Assembly: GCA_951812955.1 (NCBI GenBank)
Contig: OX638340.1
Coordinates: forward strand, 544,001-608,000
Reading direction: 5' to 3'
Source: an uncultured Gemmatimonadota bacterium
Lineage (GTDB): Bacteria > JAAXHH01
DNA length: 64,000 nt
Positions 19,601 through 30,040 of this stretch are shown piece by piece. A program made the translations under genes and the position numbers. The notes under the pieces are model-generated. The model was not told the DNA's origin. It was given only the letters and a program-made list of their open reading frames with translations, and did not search any database. Position 1 is the first letter of the stretch; the number at the start of each line of letters is the position of its first letter.

Positions 19601-20403
19601 GTGATCCCCTGGACGAATTCCCGCTGCATCGCGAGGAACAGCACCATGATGGGCAGGATGGACAGCAGGGTGCCAGCCATGAGCATGCCGTATTCCTGGC
19701 GGTAGACGCCCACCAGGCTGGCCAGACCGAGGGGCAAGGTGTATTTGTCGGCGTCCCGCAGCACGATCATGGGCCAGAGAAACTCGTTCCAGGCACCGAG
19801 AAACCCAAAGATGCTCAGGGCCCCCATGGCCGGTTTTACGGCAGGAATGATGACGCGCCAATAGATACCGAATTCGGAGGATCCGTCTATCCGGGCCGCG
19901 TCGATGAGGTCCGTGGGCACGCCGAGGATGAACTGCCGCATGAGGAACACGCCGAATCCGCTGGACGCCAGGTAGGGCAGGATTACGCCCTGGTAGGTGT
20001 CCAGCCAGCCGAACTTGTACAGCAGGGTGAAGAGGGGGACCAGCACCAGGTGGAAAGGGATCATCATCGAGGCGAGGACGATGGCGAACAGGATGCCGCG
20101 TCCTTTAAAAGAATACTTGGCGAAGGCGAAGCCGCCCATGGTGGCGATGATCAGGAGCAATAGTGTATGGGAGGTGGCCAGGAAGGTGCTGTTGACTATG
20201 TACTGGATGATCGGCATCTCCTGGAACAGCCGGGTGAAGTTATCGAGCGTCGGATCCTGGGGAAGGAAAGTGGGCGGATAGGAGAAGATCTCGCCAGTCG
20301 GCTTGAACGAAGCGGATACCACCCAGAACAGCGGCGTGAGGACCATAACGGTCAGAAATACCAGGAGAACATAAGTGAGCGCGGTGCGCAGCGGGCTTCT
20401 CAT
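19579..20403 (-). CDS. carbohydrate ABC transporter permease (MalG/UgpE-like)
   Basis: 6-TM binding-protein-dependent permease with an EAA-like loop (DAARIDGSSEFGIYWRVIIPAVKP). Confidence 0.9.
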   Translation of the reverse strand: MRSPLRTALTYVLLVFLTVMVLTPLFWVVSASFKPTGEIFSYPPTFLPQDPTLDNFTRLFQEMPIIQYIVNSTFLATSHTLLLLIIATMGGFAFAKYSFKGRGILFAIVLASMMIPFHLVLVPLFTLLYKFGWLDTYQGVILPYLASSGFGVFLMRQFILGVPTDLIDAARIDGSSEFGIYWRVIIPAVKPAMGALSIFGFLGAWNEFLWPMIVLRDADKYTLPLGLASLVGVYRQEYGMLMAGTLLSILPIMVLFLAMQREFVQGITLGAVKE

Positions 20404-20407
20404 GTGG

Positions 20408-21259
20408 TCAGTTCTCCCTGAACACGCCGAAGAAGCGGACCTGTATGATAGAAATGACGCCGATAATCACAGCCAGGGCCCAGCCGATTGTGGCCGCGTA
20501 ACCGAGGTTAATGAACTCGAATCCGTGCTTGTACAGGTACATCACCATCGTCATGCTCGCGTTGCCCGGTCCCCCTTCCGTGAGTACGTAGGGCAGGTCG
20601 AAGAGCTGGAACGAACCGATCATGGAGGTGATCACCACGAAGGCGATTACGGGTCTTAGAGCGGGTATCGTCACGTGAATGAAGGTCTGCCAGGTTCCCG
20701 CTCCATCAACAGCGGCCGCTTCGTAGAGCTCACGACGGATGCTCTGCAGCCCAGCGAGGAAGTAGACCATGTTGAACCCGGCCCATCGCCACACACCGGC
20801 CAACACCAGGGCCGGCATGACCAGGTCCGGATCCTGGAGCCACGGGATTTCGAATCCGAGTACCTTGTTGACCAGGCCGTATCGACGATCGTAGAGCAAG
20901 TAGAAGATCACGGCGATGAACACGCCGGAAATCAGGACGGGCGAGAAGAAGGAAAGACGGAACAGGTTCCGGCCCTTCAGACGGGCGTTGCTAAGAAGCA
21001 GGGCAAGTCCCAGAGCCACGGGCAGTTGCAGCAGCAGGCTGCCGAGGGCGAAATAGGCCGTGTTCCAGAGGGCGGTCCAGAAAAGCGGATCGGCGAGCAG
21101 CCGTTCGATGTTCTCGAACCCCACGAAGGTTTGGTGCCGCATGCCCCGGACACTGTACGTACTGAGCCGGATCGAATCAAACAGGGGATAGACCATGAAA
21201 ACGCCGAAAAGCAGGAAGAAAGGCGCGAGGAAGAAGTAGGGTGCGTAACGGGGTTTCAT
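20408..21259 (-). CDS. carbohydrate ABC transporter permease (MalF/UgpA-like)
   Basis: EAA loop AAAVDGAGTWQTFIHVTIPALRP. 4-bp gap to the downstream permease gene. Overlaps the solute-binding-protein gene by 4 bp. Confidence 0.9.
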   Translation of the reverse strand: MKPRYAPYFFLAPFFLLFGVFMVYPLFDSIRLSTYSVRGMRHQTFVGFENIERLLADPLFWTALWNTAYFALGSLLLQLPVALGLALLLSNARLKGRNLFRLSFFSPVLISGVFIAVIFYLLYDRRYGLVNKVLGFEIPWLQDPDLVMPALVLAGVWRWAGFNMVYFLAGLQSIRRELYEAAAVDGAGTWQTFIHVTIPALRPVIAFVVITSMIGSFQLFDLPYVLTEGGPGNASMTMVMYLYKHGFEFINLGYAATIGWALAVIIGVISIIQVRFFGVFREN

Positions 21260-22620
21260 TCGGTCTCTGACGTTTCGATTTGTGGTGACGGCAGTCTCAA
21301 CGCTCCACCTTCCGTCATGGCGGGAGTATCCTTCATCAGCGCCCGTACCTGTTCCGCCAGGTTCGAAAGCGCTTCGGTGGGCGTCCGAATCCCATTGGCG
21401 GCTTCGTAAACGGCCTGACGCAGGAGGTCGTTTGCCTCGGCCCAGTACGGGTTCAGGTAGAATCCGGGGATGTCAGGCGCGAGTTCGGTCAGGTTTTTCC
21501 CCAGGAACTGGCCGCCGAGGTAGGGGTCAGGCTCGGAGAACACCGGGTTGGACCATGCCGAACGTATCGGCGGAATGATATAGGTCTTGCGGTACCGGTT
21601 GGCCAGCGCCTCGTCGTCCATGTAGGCGTACTTGACGAATTCCCAGGCCAGATCCGGATTCTCGGCCTGGTTCGTGACCGCGATCATCGTTCCGCCCCAG
21701 GTCGAGGTGCGGCGTTCGCCTTCCCGCCAGGCCGGCAGGGGCATAGCCCGCCATTTCCCGGCCAGTTCGGGGACAAATCTCCGTACGGCACCGATATACC
21801 AGTCAGGCGCAAGGACGCCCAGCACCACGCCTTCTTTCATGGCGGCGAAGCTTGCGGGGTCCTGGGAGAATTCCGGGATGGCCAGCCGTTCTTCGTTGAG
21901 GAGTCGGCAGTAGAATTCCAGGGTGGAAACGGCGATTTCGTTGTCGATGATGACTCCGCCGTGCTCGTCGAACATCCCTCCGCCGTTCTGCAAGAGTAAT
22001 AACCAGAAGTGGCCTGGCTTGTGTGCGCTCAGCAGGAGCGGGTACCGGTCCGGACGCCCGTCTCCGTCGCCGTCGCGGGCGAGGGGACGGGTCTCGCGAA
22101 CGAAATCGTCCCAGGTCACAATGGATTCCGGCTCGATTCGCGCTTCTTCGTATGCGTCGTGCCGGTAGAGCAGGACGACGGGATGGACGTCGTGGGGCAG
22201 GCCGTAGACCCGGCCGTCGAGGGACCAGGGCGCCAGCCGGGCCTGGACGAATTCATCCCTGAACCCGTCCACCTCGATGCGGTCCGTCACGTCCACGAAG
22301 CCGATTTCTTCTTTGCTACCTTTAAAGAAGCGCCCTACCGAGGAGATCTCCACTTCGGCGAGGTCGGGCGCGCCGACGCCGGAAAGGAAAGCGGCCAATA
22401 GCTTGTCGTGGCTCTTGGAAATAAGTCGAAGTTCGATTCTTACGCCCGGATTCGCGGCTTCGAAGGCGGGTATCCTCGCGCTGTATTCATCGTAATGGAT
22501 CTGGTGGAAGACCCAGAATTCCAGCGTGTTCGAGCGGTCGTCGCCGCGGAACACGATGACGGGGAAGGCCAGGAGGAAAAGCAGGCCGAAAATCAGCGGG
22601 GCCTTACCTAGATGGTTCAT
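21256..22620 (-). CDS. ABC transporter extracellular solute-binding protein (sugar family 1)
   Basis: Signal/anchor LIFGLLFLLAFPVIVF. Solute-binding-protein fold, upstream of two cognate permeases. No ATPase gene in the locus. Confidence 0.85.
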   Translation of the reverse strand: MNHLGKAPLIFGLLFLLAFPVIVFRGDDRSNTLEFWVFHQIHYDEYSARIPAFEAANPGVRIELRLISKSHDKLLAAFLSGVGAPDLAEVEISSVGRFFKGSKEEIGFVDVTDRIEVDGFRDEFVQARLAPWSLDGRVYGLPHDVHPVVLLYRHDAYEEARIEPESIVTWDDFVRETRPLARDGDGDGRPDRYPLLLSAHKPGHFWLLLLQNGGGMFDEHGGVIIDNEIAVSTLEFYCRLLNEERLAIPEFSQDPASFAAMKEGVVLGVLAPDWYIGAVRRFVPELAGKWRAMPLPAWREGERRTSTWGGTMIAVTNQAENPDLAWEFVKYAYMDDEALANRYRKTYIIPPIRSAWSNPVFSEPDPYLGGQFLGKNLTELAPDIPGFYLNPYWAEANDLLRQAVYEAANGIRTPTEALSNLAEQVRALMKDTPAMTEGGALRLPSPQIETSETE

Positions 22621-22686
22621 TTTCTATATTCGTTTCAGGTTTGAGGACTACATACGTGGCCACAATTTAGCCCCGGTTTCTAATCC

Positions 22687-22845
22687 TTAAAAACCGATAT
22701 GAACTCCTGGATACGGAGCTCAACGCGCTGTTTGGGCGTCATCGCGTTTTCAAGAATGTTGTTGGGGCGCTGCAGGTATGCATAGGTCATCAGAATCAGA
22801 CAGACCATAACCACTAACCGAAATAAGGTTTTCATTGTGTTCGCT
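22687..22845 (-). CDS. small hydrophobic protein (52 aa), absent from the ORF track because it is under 60 aa
   Basis: ATG preceded by AGGGAG with 8-nt spacing. MKTLFRLVVMVCLILMTYAYL is a TM or signal anchor. Lower-GC codons than the neighbours. Confidence 0.4.
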
Positions 22846-22931
22846 CCCTATCGCACCAAGTCCTCCTGTCACGGCCTGCCGCTCTAGGTGCCGGATAACG
22901 TGATTCACCTCCCCGAACAAACGCCGATGGA

Positions 22932-24401
22932 TCAACCGTCCCCCATGGCCCGTCGAATGGGCCTCATCACGGGTTCGGTGACCTCTTCCGGCGGCGGGGA
23001 CGTGAAACGCGACACCACGATACCCACCACGGAAGTGGCCATGAAACTCCATGCAACCGGTATGAGCCCTGGATTCGGAAGCCATTCGTAAAACATGGCA
23101 ACGAGCACGGCGTTGCCCACGATGATGGCCGAAATGGCCGCCGTGGCCGTAAAGCGTCGCCAGTGTAGGCCCAGCAGCCAGATTGGGGTCAGCGTGACAA
23201 ATCCCGAGAAGGACAACTGTGCCAGGGCGAATATGGATGCCGGCCTTAGGATCACGATATAGTAGGCGATCCCCCCGAGTATGACGAGGAACAACCGGCC
23301 GAGCACCACCTGTCTGCGCTGGGACAGGCCGTGCCACACGTCGCGGGTGAGCATGGACGACAGGGTGAGCATCTGGGCGTCCAGGGTGGACATGACCGCC
23401 GCCAGGATGCCGGCCAGCGCGAGTCCCTGGATCAAGGGACCGAAGTGGCTGCGGATCACCATGGGGAAGACCAGGTCGGAATCCCGGCCGACGAAATCCG
23501 GAAACTCGATGCGTCCCCACACGCCGTAGAGCGTGGCCACAAGCATCAACCCGATCATGATAATGGGGTAGTACCGAATGGAGTTCTTCAGCGATTTCAC
23601 GTCTTTCGCGGCGAATACGCGCACCAGCAGGTGGGGAAAGGCGAGTACGACCAGTCCCATGGCCATGCCCCAAACGAACCAGTTGCCCGTCGTGAATGGC
23701 GGCGTGTCTTTCGTGGCCGTGAGCTCCGGAAACCGCTGGGCGACTTCCTTCATGACGCCTGAGATGCCTCCGAAATCGGCCGCGACAACGAAGATGGACA
23801 CGTACAGGAAAACGCCGAACACGAGGCCCTGGAACACGTTGGTCCACATGGTCGCCCGCATACCGCCCGTGGTAGTGTAAATCAGCGTGATGATCAGGAT
23901 GCCGGCCGCCGCGACCTCAAAGGAGATCGCCTGTTGGGTGAATACGTCGACGGCCAGTCCCACGCCGGCGACGCCGGTGGACAGGTAGGGCAGCATGTAG
24001 ATGAAGTACACCAGGAAGAGCAGGCGGCCGAGGTTGGGGCTGTCCAGCCTGCGGGCGAGCAGTTCCGCCGGCGTTACGGCGTTCAGTTTCCGCGAGGCGA
24101 TCCAGGCCGGATACCCGATGACGTAGTAGGCCACCGGTATGATCAGGGCCGCCATGGCCGCCGTATAGCCGAACACCCCGTAGCCGTGATGGTACGACAG
24201 GCCCGATATGCCCATGATCAGGAAGGGCGTGATGTTCGTGCCGAAAAGGGCCATGAACATCACCAGCGACCGGGCGAGGCGTCCCCCGAGGAAATAGTCT
24301 TCGGCCGTCGGCTTGGATCGGCGGAACGCGGCGGCTCCGATGGCCAGCACCACGGCGAAGTACACCACGACGACGACGAATATGGTCGCTTCAGGACCCA
24401 T
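22932..24401 (-). CDS. sodium:solute symporter (SSS family)
   Basis: 489 aa, about 13 TM segments. SSS-family signature region GGMRATMWTNVFQG. Confidence 0.9.
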   Translation of the reverse strand: MGPEATIFVVVVVYFAVVLAIGAAAFRRSKPTAEDYFLGGRLARSLVMFMALFGTNITPFLIMGISGLSYHHGYGVFGYTAAMAALIIPVAYYVIGYPAWIASRKLNAVTPAELLARRLDSPNLGRLLFLVYFIYMLPYLSTGVAGVGLAVDVFTQQAISFEVAAAGILIITLIYTTTGGMRATMWTNVFQGLVFGVFLYVSIFVVAADFGGISGVMKEVAQRFPELTATKDTPPFTTGNWFVWGMAMGLVVLAFPHLLVRVFAAKDVKSLKNSIRYYPIIMIGLMLVATLYGVWGRIEFPDFVGRDSDLVFPMVIRSHFGPLIQGLALAGILAAVMSTLDAQMLTLSSMLTRDVWHGLSQRRQVVLGRLFLVILGGIAYYIVILRPASIFALAQLSFSGFVTLTPIWLLGLHWRRFTATAAISAIIVGNAVLVAMFYEWLPNPGLIPVAWSFMATSVVGIVVSRFTSPPPEEVTEPVMRPIRRAMGDG

Positions 24402-24618
24402 CGCTGTCCCGCCAGACGTATTGGGTGAAGTAGAGGACGAGCGCGGCTGCGGCGATGACCCAGACCATATGATAGGCCAGGTCGACGGGGAGCCAGCCGA
24501 AAATCGGTGGCGGGGATACTCCGTGGTTGAAGAAATCGACGTGGAGCGCGGCCAGCACGACCACGAGTACCCAGAATACTCTTCTATGGTGTCTTCGCGT
24601 CATGGCTGGCCTGTCCAT
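24391..24618 (-). CDS. DUF3311-like small membrane protein coupled to the SSS transporter
   Basis: 75 aa with two TM segments. Overlaps the SSS start by 11 bp. This is the usual arrangement for the small subunit that accompanies such SSS transporters. Confidence 0.55.
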   Translation of the reverse strand: MDRPAMTRRHHRRVFWVLVVVLAALHVDFFNHGVSPPPIFGWLPVDLAYHMVWVIAAAALVLYFTQYVWRDSDGS

Positions 24619-24679
24619 GCTGCCGGTCTATCTCGAAGGTTTCAATCCAGTGATCGCTGATGGCTTCGGGATGTGGCGA

Positions 24680-26047
24680 TCAAGACCCTTTTGATGCTGT
24701 TGCGCCTCGCAAACCGGCCGCGTACCTGCGAGTTTCCGCCGCAACGATGGGCGAAAGGAAAAGCAGGGCCACCAGGTTCGGGAAGGCCATGAGGCCGTTC
24801 ATGATATCGGATACTCCCCAGACCAGTTCCAGCTCTGATACGGCGCCGATTCCTACGAAGAGGCAGAACAGCGTGCGGTAAGGCAGCGCGGAACGCTCAC
24901 CGAGCAGGTACACGACGGATTTCTCGCCGTAGTAGCTCCAGCCCAGGATGGTGGAGTAGGCGAACAGCACCAGGCCAATGGCTACCAGGTGGCCACCGAA
25001 TCCTCCCGGCAGTCCCGCAGTAAATGCAGCGGCGGTGAGCGGCGCTCCGGTGTCGCCGGATAGCCATACCCCCGTGCCGATTATGGTGAAACCTGTGATC
25101 GTGCACACCACAAGCGTATCGATGAAGGTCTGCGTCATGGACACCAGGGCTTGCGTGACCGGATCCTTCGTTTGCGCGGCGGCGGCGGCGATACCCGCGC
25201 TCCCCAGCCCGGATTCGTTGGAGAAGATGCCTCTCGCCACGCCGAACTGGACCGCCTGGCGGACCATGGCCCCGGCGAAGCCCCCGGCAGCCGCGGTGGG
25301 TGTGAAGGCGTGCATGACGATGAGTTCGAAGATGCCCGGGATCGCGGATGCGTTAATGAGGATGGCCGTCAGTCCGCCCAGGATGTATAGCACGATCATC
25401 GTGGGGACGATCAGGCTGGCCGCGCGTCCGATGCTCTTGATCCCGCCTATCAGGACCAGTCCCGTGCCGGCCATGAGCACGATACCCGTAACCCAGGGCG
25501 AGACCCCGAAGGTACTCTGGATTACGTCGGCCATGGAGTTCGACTGCGTCATATTCCCGATGCCGAAGGCCGCGAGCGCGGCAAACAGGGCGTAAGCGGC
25601 GCCGAGCCACTTCCATCCCAGGGCATTGGAAATGTAATACATGGGACCGCCCCTCATGAGTCTCTTCGAATCGGTCTCGCGGTACTTGACGGCCAGGACG
25701 GCCTCGGAGTACTTGGTGGCCATGCCCACCAGGCCCGTCATCCACATCCAGAAAAGCGCGCCCGGTCCGCCGGCCGCGATGGCCGTGGCCACACCCGCGA
25801 TGTTTCCCGTACCGACGGTCGCTGCCAATGCCGTCATCAGGGCCTGGAAATGGCTGATATCGCCCTCCGCGTCCGCCTCGCGGCGGCGTACGAAGGCCAG
25901 ATACAGTGCGTGGCACAGGGAGCGGAATTGCACACCCTTCAGCAGGACCGTAAGGTAGAGACCCGTACCGCCCAGCAGCACCAGCATGGGTAGTCCCCAA
26001 ACGAGTGCCTGAACGTTGCCGACGTAATCAAGAAACGTGTTTTCCAT
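24680..26047 (-). CDS. alanine or glycine:cation symporter (AGCS family)
   Basis: 455 aa. AGCS signature blocks [22 protein letters not shown] and GPGALFWMW. Confidence 0.9.
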   Translation of the reverse strand: MENTFLDYVGNVQALVWGLPMLVLLGGTGLYLTVLLKGVQFRSLCHALYLAFVRRREADAEGDISHFQALMTALAATVGTGNIAGVATAIAAGGPGALFWMWMTGLVGMATKYSEAVLAVKYRETDSKRLMRGGPMYYISNALGWKWLGAAYALFAALAAFGIGNMTQSNSMADVIQSTFGVSPWVTGIVLMAGTGLVLIGGIKSIGRAASLIVPTMIVLYILGGLTAILINASAIPGIFELIVMHAFTPTAAAGGFAGAMVRQAVQFGVARGIFSNESGLGSAGIAAAAAQTKDPVTQALVSMTQTFIDTLVVCTITGFTIIGTGVWLSGDTGAPLTAAAFTAGLPGGFGGHLVAIGLVLFAYSTILGWSYYGEKSVVYLLGERSALPYRTLFCLFVGIGAVSELELVWGVSDIMNGLMAFPNLVALLFLSPIVAAETRRYAAGLRGATASKGS

Positions 26048-26215
26048 ATCGTTTTCCGTGTGAGGGTGAAGAGGAGAATAACGAAGGCCAACCTAAGAGC
26101 CCACTCGAATCGCTGTCAAGCACTTTCATTTTGTTGCTTGATCTTTAAACGCCCCGTTTTTATAGTGAACCATCGCCGGTGACGGTTGGAAGAGACCAGG
26201 CCGGTTTTCCGTCTT

Positions 26216-26281
26216 TCATGGCAGTACCAGCTTCTATGGCAGAACCTTTGTCGCAATACCAGTTTTATGTCAGAACCTTCG
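26216..26281 (+). promoter_or_regulatory. three direct copies of ATG[G/T]CAG[A/T]ACC, with an embedded sigma-54-like -24/-12 element (TGGCAGAACCTTTGTC)
   Basis: Copies lie at about 26218, 26235 and 26266. TGGCAG-N5-TTGT lies about 65 bp before the ATG at 26320. It differs from the TGGCAC-N5-TTGC consensus at two positions. Confidence 0.3.
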
Positions 26282-26319
26282 TGGATGAACCAGCATTCAC
26301 CAACTGAGGATCATGCTAC

Positions 26320-27309
26320 ATGTCAACACTACAGATCGGCATTGCCGGCGCCGGCGGCATGGGCGGCCACCACGCCCGGATGATTTCCGCCCGGGAGGAC
26401 GCCCGGGTCGTGTCCCTGTTCGATACAGACCCCGTGGCGATGAACCGTTTGGAGAAGAACCTGGGAACGGCGGCGCAGGGCCTGAACCACTATGGGTCGC
26501 TCGAAGCAATGATCGATTCAGAGGAACTGGACGGCATCGTCATCGCCACCCCTCATACCCGGCATGCGGACCAGGTTCGCGCCAGCCTGGAAGCGGGTCT
26601 GCACGTCCTCGTGGAAAAGCCCATGGCGACGACTACGCGGGACGCCAGAGACTTCATCGCGTATTCAGAACGGGCGGGCAAGGTGCTTGCCGTCGCCTAT
26701 CAGCGCCATGGCGAGGGCAAGTTCATAAAGGCTCGGCAGATGATCGCGGAAGGAGCCATCGGCGACGTACGGCTCGTCCACGTCATCATCGCCCAGGACT
26801 GCCTGGGGATCTTCAGTCCCGGCGCGTCCTGGCGCGCGGACCCCGAGTTATCCGGCGGCGGCCATTTCATGGATACGGGCAGCCATATCAACGACATCCT
26901 GTTGTGGACGACCGGACTGGAACCGAAGTCGGTCCACGCCTTTATCAACCCGGAAGGCACTCTGGTCGACGTGAATACAGCCATTTCGGTGGAGTTCACC
27001 AACGGCGCCGTCGGCAATCTTTCCTACACGTCCCTGTCGCCCGAATGGCGGGAAGAGTTTACCTTCTACGGTACGGAAGGCGTGATGCGCTTCGGCGCGT
27101 CGGAGCCGCTGTTCGTCCACCGCAAGGGCGAGGATATACGGTTGCCTCAGACCCCCGGCCGAGGAAAGCCGCCGGCGGACAATTTCATCGAAGCCATACA
27201 GGGCGAGGCGGACGTACAGGCGCCGCCCATCTGCGGATTGCGCGTGGTACAGCTGACCGAGGCGGCCTACAAATCGGCCGCGAGCGGTAAGCCCGAGGCA
27301 GTCGGTTGA
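26320..27309 (+). CDS. Gfo/Idh/MocA-family NAD(P)-dependent oxidoreductase
   Basis: N-terminal Rossmann motif IGIAGAGGMGGHH. EKP catalytic motif (HVLVEKPMA). Confidence 0.85.
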   Translation: MSTLQIGIAGAGGMGGHHARMISAREDARVVSLFDTDPVAMNRLEKNLGTAAQGLNHYGSLEAMIDSEELDGIVIATPHTRHADQVRASLEAGLHVLVEKPMATTTRDARDFIAYSERAGKVLAVAYQRHGEGKFIKARQMIAEGAIGDVRLVHVIIAQDCLGIFSPGASWRADPELSGGGHFMDTGSHINDILLWTTGLEPKSVHAFINPEGTLVDVNTAISVEFTNGAVGNLSYTSLSPEWREEFTFYGTEGVMRFGASEPLFVHRKGEDIRLPQTPGRGKPPADNFIEAIQGEADVQAPPICGLRVVQLTEAAYKSAASGKPEAVG

Positions 27310-27372
27310 TCCGGACTATCTCGGTCCAGTTAGATCGAGCACGGTCATGTACAACATCCTTTGAGGAGTAAG

Positions 27373-28839
27373 ATGAACGAAAATGGTATGAACACCTGTC
27401 CCCTGTTTATCGATGGCAGCTGGACCGACGCGGGCGACGTAGCGACGGAACCGGTATTTAACCCATCGGACGGCAGCGTCATCGCGAGAACGCCCATGTG
27501 CGGCGAAACCGAGGTCGATTCGGCGGTCCGGGCAGCCCGTGCGGCCTTGCCCGATTGGTCCGCGACCCCGGTCGTTGACCGTGCGCGGATTCTCTTCCGT
27601 TACGTGCATCTGCTAGAAGAGAACTTCGAAGCGCTGTCCCGCCTGGTAACGCGTGAGCATGGCAAGACCCTGGTAGAAGCCCGGGGTTCGGTGCGCCGCG
27701 GTATCGAAGTCGTGGAATTCGCCTGCGGTGCGCCTACCCTGCTGATGGGCGATTCGCTCGAGCAGATCGCCAGCGGGATCGATTGCGACACCATACGCCA
27801 GCCCGTGGGGGTCTGCGCGGGGATCACCCCTTTCAACTTCCCCGCCATGGTGCCCATGTGGATGTATCCCATCGCCATCGTCTGTGGGAACACCTTCGTA
27901 CTCAAGCCTTCCGAAAAAGTACCCCTCACCGCCATACGGCTCGTGGAACTGCTCCATGAAGCCGGCCTGCCGTCCGGGGTGATGAACCTGGTCCACGGCG
28001 GCGTGGACGTGGTAAACGCCCTGTGCACGCACCCGGATATCGACGCCGTCTCCTTCGTCGGTTCTTCCCCCGTGGCGAGGCACGTCTACCAGACCGCAAC
28101 CGCCCATGGCAAGCGCGTGCAGTCGGCCGGAGGCGCCAAGAACTACATGATTATCCTGCCCGACGCGGACCCTGCCTTCACGGTGGATGCCCTGATCGGC
28201 TCGGTATACGGTTGCGCCGGGGAGCGATGCATGGCCGGCAGTGTGGCCGTGGCCGTGGAGGAAGCGGCGCAGCGCGTGCTGCCTCCGCTGCGCGAAGCGC
28301 TGGATGAAATGAAGGTAGGACCGACGGACCGGGAACCGGCGGCGGACATGGGGCCGGTCGTCACCCGCCAGCACCTCGACAAGGTGCATGGTTATATCGC
28401 TTCGGGCCTGGCGGACGGCGCCTCGCTTTACCGGGACGGCCGCGGTGTTGAAGTACCGCAAACACCGGAAGGCTTCTACCTGGGTCCCACGATATTCGAT
28501 GATGCCGCCACCAGCATGAAAATCGTCCGGGAGGAGATTTTCGGTCCGGTGCTTTCCGTGATTCGCACCGACAGCCTTGACAAGGGCATCGAAGCCTGCA
28601 ATCAGAGCGGATTCGGCAATGCCGCGGTCCTTTTCACGGGCGACGGGAAGGCTGCCAGGACGTTCAGAAACCGGGTCAGCGCCGGGATGGTGGGCATTAA
28701 CGTCGGCGTCCCGGCGCCCATGGCGTTCTTCCCCTTCACGGGCTGGAACGGCTCGTTCTACGGCGACCTGCACATGCAGGGCAAGGAAGGTTTCGCTTTC
28801 TATACCCGTCAGAAAGTCACCATGAGCCGGTGGGCGTGA
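27373..28839 (+). CDS. mmsA: CoA-acylating methylmalonate/malonate-semialdehyde dehydrogenase (MmsA/IolA type)
   Basis: Aldehyde-dehydrogenase catalytic Cys in ERCMAGS and Glu in VLKPSE. MmsA-specific N-terminus and C-terminus (FTGWNGSFYGDLHMQGKEG). ATG with GGAG 5 nt upstream. The track ORF begins at the TTG at 27361. Confidence 0.9.
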   Translation: MNENGMNTCPLFIDGSWTDAGDVATEPVFNPSDGSVIARTPMCGETEVDSAVRAARAALPDWSATPVVDRARILFRYVHLLEENFEALSRLVTREHGKTLVEARGSVRRGIEVVEFACGAPTLLMGDSLEQIASGIDCDTIRQPVGVCAGITPFNFPAMVPMWMYPIAIVCGNTFVLKPSEKVPLTAIRLVELLHEAGLPSGVMNLVHGGVDVVNALCTHPDIDAVSFVGSSPVARHVYQTATAHGKRVQSAGGAKNYMIILPDADPAFTVDALIGSVYGCAGERCMAGSVAVAVEEAAQRVLPPLREALDEMKVGPTDREPAADMGPVVTRQHLDKVHGYIASGLADGASLYRDGRGVEVPQTPEGFYLGPTIFDDAATSMKIVREEIFGPVLSVIRTDSLDKGIEACNQSGFGNAAVLFTGDGKAARTFRNRVSAGMVGINVGVPAPMAFFPFTGWNGSFYGDLHMQGKEGFAFYTRQKVTMSRWA

Positions 28840-28873
28840 GCGCGGCCTAAAGCATTAACGCGGCCATAACCAA

Positions 28874-29971
28874 ATGAGGGATGAAAGCATGTCCAAACCC
28901 GATGTCTACATTTTGAAAACCCAATTGGACGGCGAAGATGCGTTGAACGACGCCGCCTTCGCCACCCCGGCCCGAGAGATGCTGCGCGCGCTGGACATCG
29001 ATCCCGGAAACCGCGCCGTGATGATGAAGCCCAATGTCACGGCGGGAGCGCCGCGCAACAGTGGAATCGTTACGCATCCGGCCTTCGTGGGCGGTATGGT
29101 CGACTACTTTGTCGAGGAAGCGGGTGTGCCGCACGAACGTCTCTACGTCGGCGAAGCGACAAGCCGGCTGACTTCGAAGACGCAACGCGACCTGAGTTGG
29201 GCCCGGAGCGGCTACACGGAGATGGCGCGCGAGAAGCGCGTGCGGCTGCTCGAACTGGCGGACTATGGCAACGTGCGCGTGATGCCGGGCGGCACGGTAC
29301 AGCTCCACAACATCGGGATCTCCCGTTGGGCGGCATCGGAAAACGTGTTCTACATCAACGTTCCCAAACTGAAGACCCACAACCTGGGCGTGGTCACCCT
29401 GTGCGGCAAGAACCAGCAGGGCATCATGATACCGGTCACGGAACGGCACCTGTGCTCGGATGCGTGGCGCGCCACATTCGGACGGGACGACAAGAGAAAG
29501 CAGGGACGGGAATGGATGCGCGAGGAGGACCACGAGGCGTGGCAGCGGACCATTGCGCACATGCACTGGGACGTCTTCCTGGCGTGCCGGCCCGATTTCA
29601 ACCTGGTGGAGGGCATCGTGGGACGAGACGGCAACGCCTTCTACCAGGGCCGCAACTTTCCCACAGGTCTCGCTGTCGCCGGTGAATCCATGGCCGCGGT
29701 GGATCTGGTGGCGGCCCATCTCATGGACTTCGAGCCGCCGAACCTGGTCTATCTTCAGGTCGGGATCGAACGGGGACTTTGTCCGCCCTCGATCGGCGAC
29801 GTGAATGTACATCTCGTCCGGAACGGCGAGGTGGCCGGATTGACCGATGCGGATCGATTCAAGGCCGATCCTCCCTTCGAAGTATACCGCGATATCCCAG
29901 CTGACTACGCCAAAAAAGACCTGTTCGACGAGTACGATCCGAACGCCGAGGACTTTCAGATCACGGCCTGA
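28874..29971 (+). CDS. DUF362-domain protein
   Basis: Family-typical KPNVTAG ... THP ... INVPKLKTH blocks. A second ATG at 28889 has a better Shine-Dalgarno sequence. Confidence 0.65.
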   Translation: MRDESMSKPDVYILKTQLDGEDALNDAAFATPAREMLRALDIDPGNRAVMMKPNVTAGAPRNSGIVTHPAFVGGMVDYFVEEAGVPHERLYVGEATSRLTSKTQRDLSWARSGYTEMAREKRVRLLELADYGNVRVMPGGTVQLHNIGISRWAASENVFYINVPKLKTHNLGVVTLCGKNQQGIMIPVTERHLCSDAWRATFGRDDKRKQGREWMREEDHEAWQRTIAHMHWDVFLACRPDFNLVEGIVGRDGNAFYQGRNFPTGLAVAGESMAAVDLVAAHLMDFEPPNLVYLQVGIERGLCPPSIGDVNVHLVRNGEVAGLTDADRFKADPPFEVYRDIPADYAKKDLFDEYDPNAEDFQITA

Positions 29972-30040
29972 CGGAGAGCCGGATCACGGCCTGACGAAGA
30001 GCCGGTTCTCTCGGCGTGAGGAATACCCGGAGGGTCTCCC

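Noticed and set aside
19486-20163. 225-aa plus-strand ORF
   Set aside because: Antisense to the ABC permease gene. It begins inside the CT-rich repeat tract. No Shine-Dalgarno sequence and no recognisable domain.
22750-23847. 365-aa minus-strand ORF rich in R/G/H
   Set aside because: Out-of-frame overlap with the SSS transporter gene, which has a clear 13-TM product.
27613-29812. 386-aa and 321-aa minus-strand ORFs
   Set aside because: Antisense to the mmsA and DUF362 genes. No domains. GC-driven open frames.
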